Part shown: one piece after another, positions 6,500 to 13,701 of the stretch
Layout of the letters: every line of letters starts with the position of its first letter
How positions within the stretch are numbered: position 1 is the first letter of the stretch
NCBI GenBank assembly: GCA_049599895.1
Contig: JBMYPC010000083.1
Location: 1 to 13,701 of the forward strand
DNA length: 13,701 nucleotides
Direction: 5' to 3'
DNA from: Bacteriovoracaceae bacterium
Lineage (GTDB): Bacteria > Bdellovibrionota > Bacteriovoracia > Bacteriovoracales > Bacteriovoracaceae
Made by a program: the position numbers and the translations under genes
The notes under the pieces: model-generated
What the model was told of the DNA's origin: nothing
The model's database searches: none
Seen by the model: the letters and a program-made list of their open reading frames with translations, nothing else

Positions 6500-6961
6500 C
6501 TAAATCTCCCCTTGGGAGACCCTCTCAATTGCAGCCAGAAGCTTCATCCACTTTCCCCTAAACTCCTCGTCGGGAAACATCTGAGCAAATAGCTTTTCTT
6601 TGTCCCTCTCAGACATAACCTCAAACTCAAAATCACTCGTGATCAAACTGGGGTTTCTCTTTAAATCTTCGACAATCTCTTCAATTAACTCCACTTCTCC
6701 TGTCAATTCCTTAAGATATTCAATTTGGGCGAGGGCCATTTGGATTTTTTCGTCTTCCTCCTGAGTGCTGATATTATTTTTGAGCTCTTCGATCTCTTGA
6801 ACAGACTCCGTGGTTACGACTTTTGTCACCTCTATGACCTCAGCCGTCTCTACTTTTTGAATAGTTGTGAAAGAGGTGACTTCTTTTGTTTCGTTTGGTT
6901 TTTTATTTGTGAAATAGAACATCATTATAAAAAGTGTTGAGATAAAAAATACCTTTTTCAT
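6500..6961 (-). CDS. Hypothetical acidic helical protein with N-terminal signal/anchor
   Basis: MKKVFFISTLFIMMFYF N-terminus; GGGAG SD; 15 bp downstream of the previous gene. Confidence 0.75.
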   Translation of the reverse strand: MKKVFFISTLFIMMFYFTNKKPNETKEVTSFTTIQKVETAEVIEVTKVVTTESVQEIEELKNNISTQEEDEKIQMALAQIEYLKELTGEVELIEEIVEDLKRNPSLITSDFEFEVMSERDKEKLFAQMFPDEEFRGKWMKLLAAIERVSQGEI

Positions 6962-6976
6962 ACCAATCTCCCTATC

Positions 6977-7714
6977 TCAGAATGCGTTTGAGTTAATCTT
7001 TAAATTCTGTACACCTGAGATTTTTTTGTGACTGTCAGCATCGCTAAAGCCACCTACTGTTTTTGCCATGAAGTCATAACTTAATTTCGATGGGTGCATA
7101 TTGGTGAAGCCAATAATGGTCTTAACATTCATTGTCCCAAGTCCATAATGAGTCAGAAAGAAAGGATACTCAAAAGCTGAGTTTGCATTTACTCTTCTTG
7201 CCCCCACAACTGTTTTAAAACCACTTGCTCTAAACTCATTGCGATGACTTGATCCATAACAAGCAAGGTTATACATAAGCCTATACTTATACTTCTTTGG
7301 GTTATCCTTTAAATCATCACGAAGATCAAATGTTGAAACGGCTCCGTCAGCGAAATAAAGTTCATTACTCAATCCATGAAGACTTAAAATAACATCAATT
7401 GCAGAGATGGCGTTTCTCTTTGAATAACGATTGAGAACATTGACGAATCTAGTCTTTGTTGCTTTAGAACCTTTAATAATTTTAATTGACCTATAGGCAT
7501 GACTCATTTTTGCGACGGCGACAGTCACCGTACTTGCATCTAAAAATGAATAGAGCCAACTCAAGTTTGATTGCCCAAATGTCTTAAGTTCACTCACGAC
7601 CACTAATTGTCGATGACCCTTACTAACTTTTGCATCAACGTGAAAACTAATAAGAAAAAGAAATGGTAAAAGAGTTAGAAAACATTTTCTAAAAGACAGA
7701 CTTTTCAACTTCAC
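6977..7714 (-). CDS. Secreted protein, putative clan CD (caspase/CHAT/gingipain-like) cysteine peptidase
   Basis: Signal peptide ending VDA. VILSLHG and LMYNLACYG give the strand-His-Gly and strand-Ala-Cys dyad motifs. FRASGFKTVVG resembles the CHAT post-Cys segment. Confidence 0.6.
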   Translation of the reverse strand: MKLKSLSFRKCFLTLLPFLFLISFHVDAKVSKGHRQLVVVSELKTFGQSNLSWLYSFLDASTVTVAVAKMSHAYRSIKIIKGSKATKTRFVNVLNRYSKRNAISAIDVILSLHGLSNELYFADGAVSTFDLRDDLKDNPKKYKYRLMYNLACYGSSHRNEFRASGFKTVVGARRVNANSAFEYPFFLTHYGLGTMNVKTIIGFTNMHPSKLSYDFMAKTVGGFSDADSHKKISGVQNLKINSNAF

Positions 7715-7777
7715 TAAATTCTCCCTTCCGTTTGGAAATTTTAAAAACTCACCCCATGAGTTTCTAAGAAAGAATTA

Positions 7778-7793
7778 AGCAAAGGTCATGCCA
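7778..7793 (-). promoter_or_regulatory. Sigma54 (-24/-12) promoter
   Basis: Minus strand TGGCATGACCTTTGCT is GG-N10-GC and matches TGGCAC-N5-TTGCW at all but one position; 63 bp upstream of the 7714 start. Confidence 0.75.
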
Positions 7794-7874
7794 AGATATT
7801 AGAGAAAAACTGGTATCAATTGGGGCATATAAGGCAGCGCAAGGTGCAAAAAGTCGTGTCGGTTTTACCCTAGG

Positions 7875-8823
7875 TTAATCTTCAACAGTAATCTCATGCC
7901 CAACATAAACAGCCAAAGTCAGCATCAAAGCAGTATAGAGCTTCTTATTAATTTGAACATTATCTCTTGCACCTATTCGTCTCTCGCGATTAAGACTGGC
8001 CATCTCTTCTTCAAGATCAGTGATCACTCGTTCTTGATTTTCAGCCGCTTTTAAAGGTGTTCGGTTTGTCACTTCAAGATCGGCAATTTTCTTTTCAAGC
8101 TCTTTAATACTGAGCTCTGTCATCTCTACTTGATCCTCAAGGTCAATCACCTTTAACTTTGCAGCTTTAGCATCAGCAAGCTCATCTCTTAAAACCACTA
8201 GGGCCTGTTCGATTTCTTCTATTTTTTAAAGAATCTGTTCATCTGTTAAAAGGTTTTTAAATCTGTAATTGGTATCCTCTATAACCTTTACTAGAACGGT
8301 ATCAATGTACTGATCTAAGTCCGCTTGATTTTTAACATTTCGACTAACAGAAACTCGTGCTCCACTACCAAATGAATCTTGAATGGTGCTATTAAGAGAA
8401 TCTGTAAAGACCTGATTCAAACCAATCTGTTAAAAGCTTAAGAGACTTTTCTGGCTCACTCGTAAGCAGTTTATAGATATTGGTGTTATCAGACTCAACT
8501 AACTCAGGTGCCCTCTCCTTTAAAAAAGACTCCCAGTTTTTTTGGACCTCCAGAGAAACTGTTACTTTCTCTGGGTGCACATGATACAGAGTACTGCTAC
8601 CTGTAGTGGCTTTTTGAATCCAATCTTTTTCAACTACTTTTAAAATATCTTTTGGCTTTTCTGCAGAAAACCATCTGAGTTCTCTTGAAAAAGAATTGGC
8701 GATTTCTTTTAAACAATTATCAATATCAACTACTGAAGAAGGGCCCCGAATTGATTGAATTTTGTGATTCGAACAAGAGAATAGAAAAAGAAACAAAACA
8801 GAAAACAAGATAGTATTTATCAT
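7875..8823 (-). pseudogene. Disrupted coiled-coil lipoprotein gene (about 315 codons if repaired)
   Basis: The ORF from 8823 (lipobox LFSC) joins 8226-8420 through a 1-nt frameshift near 8419-8421. It then continues in frame through TAA 8226-8228 (EQIL*KIEEIEQALVVLRDEL) into 7875-8198. Confidence 0.75.
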
Positions 8824-9022
8824 GAGCCTATTATAGGACTCAACAAAACTTCATTCAACAAAAAAGCTTAGGCGGCAGTGAAGTCCACCTATATAAAAAA
8901 CCTGTAATTGGGAAAGAGCTGTCAAAAATTAAGACATCAAAATTAAGGCAAATTTCTCTTAAATCAGAATATAGGTTATCATAAAGAGTGAGAGAACAAG
9001 TGGCGCATCACGGAGGACTGCC

Positions 9023-9676
9023 ATGAATATCAAAATTCTTTTCTTCACATTACTATTTACCACAACAGCAAATGCGGGATTGGTCTTTGAGCCCTACGTC
9101 GGTTATAGCCTCTTTTCATCAGAAGGGACTTCCACAGTCTCTGGTGCCACAGGAGGTTCAGCAAGTCTTAACGGTACCACCGATACTTCATCGGGTGCTG
9201 GACTTGTCACTTATGGTGCTCGTCTTGGGATGAGCTTTGCAATGCTTTATCTTGCTGCAGATTATACAGCGGCTAGCGGAGAGCTTGAATACGATGTCTC
9301 GAGTATTTCAAAAGATGATATGGAAGGATCCAGTGTCGCTGCGGTTTTAGGACTCAATCCACCAGCAATTCCTTTTCGTTTTTGGGTTGGTTATATTTTT
9401 TCAGATGAAGCGGAACTCACTGATCAATCTGATAACTCTAAAACCACTTATAAAGGCTCTGGTCTTAAAGCGGGTCTTGGCTACAGCCTCATCCCCTACG
9501 TAAGCTTTAATATTGAATACAAAATGGTGACTTATGATGAAATCACAGACTCTGATGGGCAAACTCAGGATCTTCCTTCATCAAGTTCAGTCTCAGGTGT
9601 TTCTGGAGCAACAGTTTCTCAATCGGAACTCGATACCAAGTCGATTCTCTTGAGTATCAGTATTCCTTTAATGTAA
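9023..9676 (+). CDS. Outer-membrane beta-barrel protein (OmpA-barrel-like)
   Basis: GGAGG SD; signal peptide ending ANA; amphipathic strands GLVFEPYVGY, YGARLG, GLKAGLGYSL, FNIEYKM, ILLSISIPL. Confidence 0.8.
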   Translation: MNIKILFFTLLFTTTANAGLVFEPYVGYSLFSSEGTSTVSGATGGSASLNGTTDTSSGAGLVTYGARLGMSFAMLYLAADYTAASGELEYDVSSISKDDMEGSSVAAVLGLNPPAIPFRFWVGYIFSDEAELTDQSDNSKTTYKGSGLKAGLGYSLIPYVSFNIEYKMVTYDEITDSDGQTQDLPSSSSVSGVSGATVSQSELDTKSILLSISIPLM

Positions 9677-9682
9677 ATTGAT

Positions 9683-10606
9683 TTAAAATTGATAACCAAG
9701 CATCAAAGTGGCTATCTCAGATTTGATGACCTCTTTTGATGTTTTGGAATTGCTAGTTTCAAACTCATTGCCTAAAACATTGTCATTAAACTCTTGAGTC
9801 ACAAGAGTTTCACCAAAACTTCTCCAACGAGAATAACTTAAACGAACGTTCATTCCCGATTTATGCTCAAAACTTAATCCTGTTCGCATCGAATAAAAAC
9901 TATAACGGTAACGAGCTTCCTCTTCGAGAACACCGATACTATCAGCATCTGAATAGGTGTCAGTGAGATCACTGGCACCAAGGCCAAGAGCAACCTGAGG
10001 CACGATAGCAAGACTTAAACTTCTGATGGGAATATAATAGTTTAAAGACTGCTCCAAAAGAATTGTTCGTTGTTTAATCGAGCTTGAGTCAGGAACTTCT
10101 TGAGTATAGGCCTGAACCCCACGATTACTTTCTTGATCACCATAATAAAGACTAAGTTGCGCCGTTGATGTCAGCTGCTTATAAGCTTCGATTTCATAAC
10201 CAAACTTTAAAATATAAAGATCTGTTTCACTTTCAAAAAATTCTCTTCCGTTATGGACAATCTTCCCAGTCCCAAAATCAATTTGAATTCCGGTCTTCTT
10301 TACGACTTGTCTTCTTAGCGTAGACTTTGGAAGTGTCACTTGAACTTTTTGAACATTTTCAGCTCTTACAGGTGCCGCACTTTTTGTACTGATAAAGTCC
10401 TCAGGGTCAAGTTCATCTTGCTTATGGGTGTTGAGATATTCCTGATATTCAGCATCCAGATCCTCTTCAACAACAATAGGCTCATCAACAGCTCTTCCCA
10501 CTCTCTCTGGAAGAAAGAGCGACTCTTCAGCGCTTAGAGCGCCACTTAAAAACGTGAGTAATCCGATGAGACAGATTCTATGGAGATTTGAGTTCTTTAA
10601 TTGCAT
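9683..10606 (-). CDS. Outer-membrane beta-barrel protein with acidic N-terminal extension
   Basis: Signal peptide ending LSA; alternating strands; C-terminal LMLGYQF beta-signal. Confidence 0.75.
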   Translation of the reverse strand: MQLKNSNLHRICLIGLLTFLSGALSAEESLFLPERVGRAVDEPIVVEEDLDAEYQEYLNTHKQDELDPEDFISTKSAAPVRAENVQKVQVTLPKSTLRRQVVKKTGIQIDFGTGKIVHNGREFFESETDLYILKFGYEIEAYKQLTSTAQLSLYYGDQESNRGVQAYTQEVPDSSSIKQRTILLEQSLNYYIPIRSLSLAIVPQVALGLGASDLTDTYSDADSIGVLEEEARYRYSFYSMRTGLSFEHKSGMNVRLSYSRWRSFGETLVTQEFNDNVLGNEFETSNSKTSKEVIKSEIATLMLGYQF

Positions 10607-10711
10607 CCCTAATATTTTACGGTGCTAGGGATACTGAAACACATTGGATTGTAAAAACGTATAGGCATGTCAGGAAGCTGGCAGCCCTAACCCGTTGAAA
10701 TAATTAACCTA

Positions 10712-10924
10712 TTAGCGCTTAAAAATCCACATGATGAAGCTTAAAAGAGCACTAATAACAATACAGGAAGTAATGGGAATGAAGACTTTGGTATTGCCAC
10801 TTTTATACTGAATGTCTCCAGGAAGTTTTCCAAAGGGAATGCTGCCACCAAAGAAATGATAAATCAGTCCTGAAATAATTAAAGCGGCCCCTAAGAGTAT
10901 AAGAGTTTTGGCCATGGGATTCAT
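10712..10924 (-). CDS. DUF2905-like small membrane protein
   Basis: FGKLPGDIQYKSGNTKVFIPITSCIVIS matches the GxLPGDI...F/YFP-ITS family pattern. ATG 10924 overlaps the peptidase TGA (ATGA); ATG 10915 is an alternative start. Confidence 0.85.
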   Translation of the reverse strand: MNPMAKTLILLGAALIISGLIYHFFGGSIPFGKLPGDIQYKSGNTKVFIPITSCIVISALLSFIMWIFKR

Positions 10925-11571
10925 AGACCGCAACTTAATCCGTAAGTGGATTTTTCATGTCCGGCACCGGCATCAATGGGATAGAGATAAGTTAAGCCCA
11001 TCTTATCATCCATTAAAAGCCGAACGTCTGAGCTTCTCGCATAATAAGACATAATGGCATTTACCGTATCTTGAGGGTGAGCAAGACCAGCACAGTGACC
11101 AAGTTCATGAGTCATAATTTGAATAAAGTCTTTTGCGGACTCTAAAGAATCCTCGCCCATATTGATCACACATTTTTCAATCTTGCCGTCACTATTTGTT
11201 TCGTATTGAGCTTCACCACTACTGAGTCCAGAAGCTCCATTAAAAGTAATTTCAATAATTCTATTGCTGGCATCTTCTTCTGTGTAATCCACATCATCTG
11301 TATCAACAAGGATCAGATAACTAGCACCAATGGAATTATAATCATCAAAGATTGAATCCATTGCTTGCTCGACTGTAATCGTATCAGTTCCAGAAAGAAC
11401 ATCATCAACCAGATCATTGGGAATTTCACTATCGGCATTAGTGTACGTCACAAAAAGTTTTCGATCACTTTCGCTACCGTTCCAAATCGCCCAACGATGT
11501 TTACTGTAGATTGTTCGAAAACCAAGAGTAATCGCGCAAAATAATAAAAGATTGATAATTTTAAACTTCAT
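10921..11571 (-). CDS. Secreted metzincin (matrixin/M10-like) zinc metallopeptidase
   Basis: HELGHCAGLAH (HExxHxxGxxH) plus Met-turn AIMSY and DDKMGLTYLYP. Probable start MKFKII at 11571 with a signal-like segment. Confidence 0.88.
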   Translation of the reverse strand: MKFKIINLLLFCAITLGFRTIYSKHRWAIWNGSESDRKLFVTYTNADSEIPNDLVDDVLSGTDTITVEQAMDSIFDDYNSIGASYLILVDTDDVDYTEEDASNRIIEITFNGASGLSSGEAQYETNSDGKIEKCVINMGEDSLESAKDFIQIMTHELGHCAGLAHPQDTVNAIMSYYARSSDVRLLMDDKMGLTYLYPIDAGAGHEKSTYGLSCGL

Positions 11572-11587
11572 AGTTTTTAAGTCCCGA

Positions 11588-11977
11588 CTAAAAATTAAAA
11601 GAAGCTCCAAAAACGCCAACAGCGCTGCTATAGCCATCAAAACCCTGCATCGCCACAAGCTCTAAGCGAAGTCCCATACGAAAGGCCACCTCATAGTTAT
11701 AACCACCACCGGCAACGATTCCACCAGTTCCAGTATAGAAATAACCAAGTCCTCCAACAGCATAAAGACTGTCACGTTTTAATTTAAAAACTTTATTAAG
11801 AGCAAAAGCTCCTGGGGCGTAGACTCCAAGCTCCCAGTCTCCCAGTCCAACTCTGGCCGAACCAAGACCTGCGAAGTTTGGGCCAAAAGCTGCGTAAGCA
11901 CTAATCTGGGCCTTTGCTGATTGAAAAATTCCAAGAGTGATTAAAAGAATAAGAATTTGCAAAAACCTTTTTACCAT
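11588..11977 (-). CDS. Small Gly-rich outer-membrane beta-barrel-like protein
   Basis: Signal peptide ending AKA; short amphipathic strands; C-terminal FGASFNF. Confidence 0.7.
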   Translation of the reverse strand: MVKRFLQILILLITLGIFQSAKAQISAYAAFGPNFAGLGSARVGLGDWELGVYAPGAFALNKVFKLKRDSLYAVGGLGYFYTGTGGIVAGGGYNYEVAFRMGLRLELVAMQGFDGYSSAVGVFGASFNF

Positions 11978-12465
11978 ATTCTCACCCCCACACTGGCAGA
12001 GATGACATCTTGAAAATTAAGAGTCAGATGACTCCAGACATCTCTTAAGCCGTAGGTGGCATCCACATTGAGATACATCACTTTAAAAAATGTCCAATTC
12101 ACTCTTACGGCAGGCCCAATGACAATGTCACTTTTTGAATCCGTTTGAGTTGCATCGACATCTTTAAAACCTCGCTCTTGGTGAATTATCCCAAGACCGA
12201 GACCAAAAACCACAGGCCCTTCAAGAATGTCTCCTGCTTTAGCCAGGGCCAACAAATGAAGTCCATGAGTTGAGTGGTAATAATAATTGGTTTTTACACC
12301 ACTAGAGAATGCACTCACAATAAAGCGCTTTGTTCCAGCGGCAATAGCAAGACTTGGAATCGTTCTTCCACCGTGGGTGGAATTCATTCCATAGCCAAGT
12401 TCAAGGGAAGCCTCCGCCTGAAAACAGGTCAAAAAAATGAAAAGAAAGCCTAAACGCTTGATCAT
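11971..12465 (-). CDS. Small outer-membrane beta-barrel-like protein
   Basis: Signal peptide ending AEA; strands FGLGLG, IGPAVRVNW, YLNVDATYG; C-terminal SVGVRIW. Confidence 0.7.
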   Translation of the reverse strand: MIKRLGFLFIFLTCFQAEASLELGYGMNSTHGGRTIPSLAIAAGTKRFIVSAFSSGVKTNYYYHSTHGLHLLALAKAGDILEGPVVFGLGLGIIHQERGFKDVDATQTDSKSDIVIGPAVRVNWTFFKVMYLNVDATYGLRDVWSHLTLNFQDVISASVGVRIW

Positions 12466-12730
12466 AGTTTGAACTTTTGTTTGATAGTTTTAAGCCAGAA
12501 TTAAACTTTCCTCGAGGGAAATAGTCAAGAATCTCAGCCGACCATAAAGTATTTGAATCACAATAAAAACAAGAATAAACGTCGAAGTTGACGCTATAAG
12601 ACTCACTTGGGACATATGAATTTTTATACTGGCGGCGCGTTATCTTCAAAATAATTTCAATCATTTTGGCAGAGTGTGTCCCGAATGTTACTGCCTTACT
12701 ATTAGAGATTTTAACGGCAGGGGCGCACCG

Positions 12731-13276
12731 ATGATTCACATTACAAAAATGTTACTTATGACTTTTCTATTGATTGGAAGTTCACACACGATTGCAGATG
12801 AAATTGATGATCTTTTTGCAGGTGGAGAAAGCGAAAGAGAATTTGAATTTAAAAGGTTTTCTCGAGAGCACATCTTCGCAGCTATTGCACATGACGCCAA
12901 ACTCGTTTGCAAAAATGGTCTTTGCACTCTAACTGCAAGCCATAAAAAATATAGACGCTTTAACGTAAGCTTCTCTTTAGGAGAAGGAAATCAAAATGAT
13001 TCAATCTCCACAGGAGGCGGAACAATTATTGATCTTGGCGGTAACAATAATAACAGTGACGACAGCTTCTGGGGACTTCGAGTTTCTTATGAACAGGGCT
13101 ATTGTGATGAAGAAATTCGAGTTCCAAGACTACTCTACTATGTCATCAATCGCTACATCGCGGGTCTTCTTGATGAAGAAGGAGATACGAGAATGGGGTT
13201 CACACCTGCTGATGAAGCGATGATTATGTTCTATACAACGATCTCAAAACAGCTCACAGGTTGTGACAACGATTGA
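12731..13276 (+). CDS. Secreted hypothetical protein
   Basis: Probable start MIHITKMLLMTFLLIGSSHTIA (signal peptide) at 12731; four Cys in the mature part. Confidence 0.7.
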   Translation: MIHITKMLLMTFLLIGSSHTIADEIDDLFAGGESEREFEFKRFSREHIFAAIAHDAKLVCKNGLCTLTASHKKYRRFNVSFSLGEGNQNDSISTGGGTIIDLGGNNNNSDDSFWGLRVSYEQGYCDEEIRVPRLLYYVINRYIAGLLDEEGDTRMGFTPADEAMIMFYTTISKQLTGCDND

Positions 13277-13305
13277 ACTTTTTTAATTTTAGGAGTTTAA
13301 TCTTT

Positions 13306-13701
13306 GTGAAAAGAAACCAGTTCTTTCTATTTTTTGTTTTCTTCCTTACAAGTCTTTTGACAAGTGTAGAGACAGTAGAAGCCCATAATAAAAGGCGAGA
13401 TAAAACAAGTAGGTCGCAAAAACAAAATAAAGACCCCGAGGAACTCCCTCGTTCTGAAGATTATTGGAAGAGTTCGCAAAGTCTTGAAGAATCAACAACT
13501 TTTTCAAAACTGAGATTTACCAATAGGGCCCAGTGTGCTCTTGACTCTGAGAAACCGGCACAAGACTTTCTTTTAATTGTCTCTCATCAAGAATTAGGAA
13601 AAGCACTTTACAGACTCTCCAAACGCCTCGATCTCGATTCGAAAAGATTTATTCAAGAAGGTTTGATTTCGTTTCAAACGACCCTCACTCAGCTAATTCG
13701 A
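13306..13701 (+). CDS. Partial secreted protein, truncated by the window end
   Basis: AGGAG at 13291-13295, then GTG 13306: MKRNQFFLFFVFFLTSLLTSVETVEA. The frame stays open to 13701. It is absent from the ORF track because it has no stop in the window. Confidence 0.75.
   Translation, partial: MKRNQFFLFFVFFLTSLLTSVETVEAHNKRRDKTSRSQKQNKDPEELPRSEDYWKSSQSLEESTTFSKLRFTNRAQCALDSEKPAQDFLLIVSHQELGKALYRLSKRLDLDSKRFIQEGLISFQTTLTQLIR

Noticed and set aside
6725..6940. 71-aa plus-strand ORF
   Set aside because: Antisense shadow inside 6500-6961.
10340..10537. 65-aa plus-strand ORF
   Set aside because: Antisense shadow inside the beta-barrel gene.
12401..12739. 112-aa minus-strand ORF
   Set aside because: Overlaps both flanking gene starts and spans the divergent promoter region; no SD or recognisable motif.
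12736..13223. ORFs 12736-12927 (-) and 12996-13223 (+)
   Set aside because: Nested within the better-supported 12731-13276 gene.

Overview
The window has two parts joined at a tmRNA (ssrA) gene on the minus strand (5920-6285, tag peptide (A)ADSFEPVAMAA). Left part (1-~5919): one end of a visibly AT-richer integrative element or prophage, apparently inserted at the ssrA 3' end and continuing beyond the left edge. It encodes a tyrosine integrase with a closely coupled ORF, a Cys-rich small protein, and divergent XRE-type regulators (one with a V4R-like C-terminus) separated by 21-bp-phased direct repeats. It also carries two lipoproteins behind the putative repressor, several small orphan ORFs, and a small protein whose residue pattern resembles filamentous-phage (G5P/Pf3-type) ssDNA-binding proteins. 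Right part (6286-13701): host-like DNA rich in exported proteins. It holds two tandem 37-bp GAAA-loop hairpins in the ssrA leader, a sigma54-preceded putative clan CD cysteine peptidase, a lipoprotein gene broken by one frameshift and one in-frame stop, four probable outer-membrane beta-barrels, an M10/matrixin-like metallopeptidase and a DUF2905-like protein. The gene style suggests a Bdellovibrionota (Bacteriovorax/Halobacteriovorax-like) host, which is inference only. All assignments come from reading motifs by eye; no searches were run.
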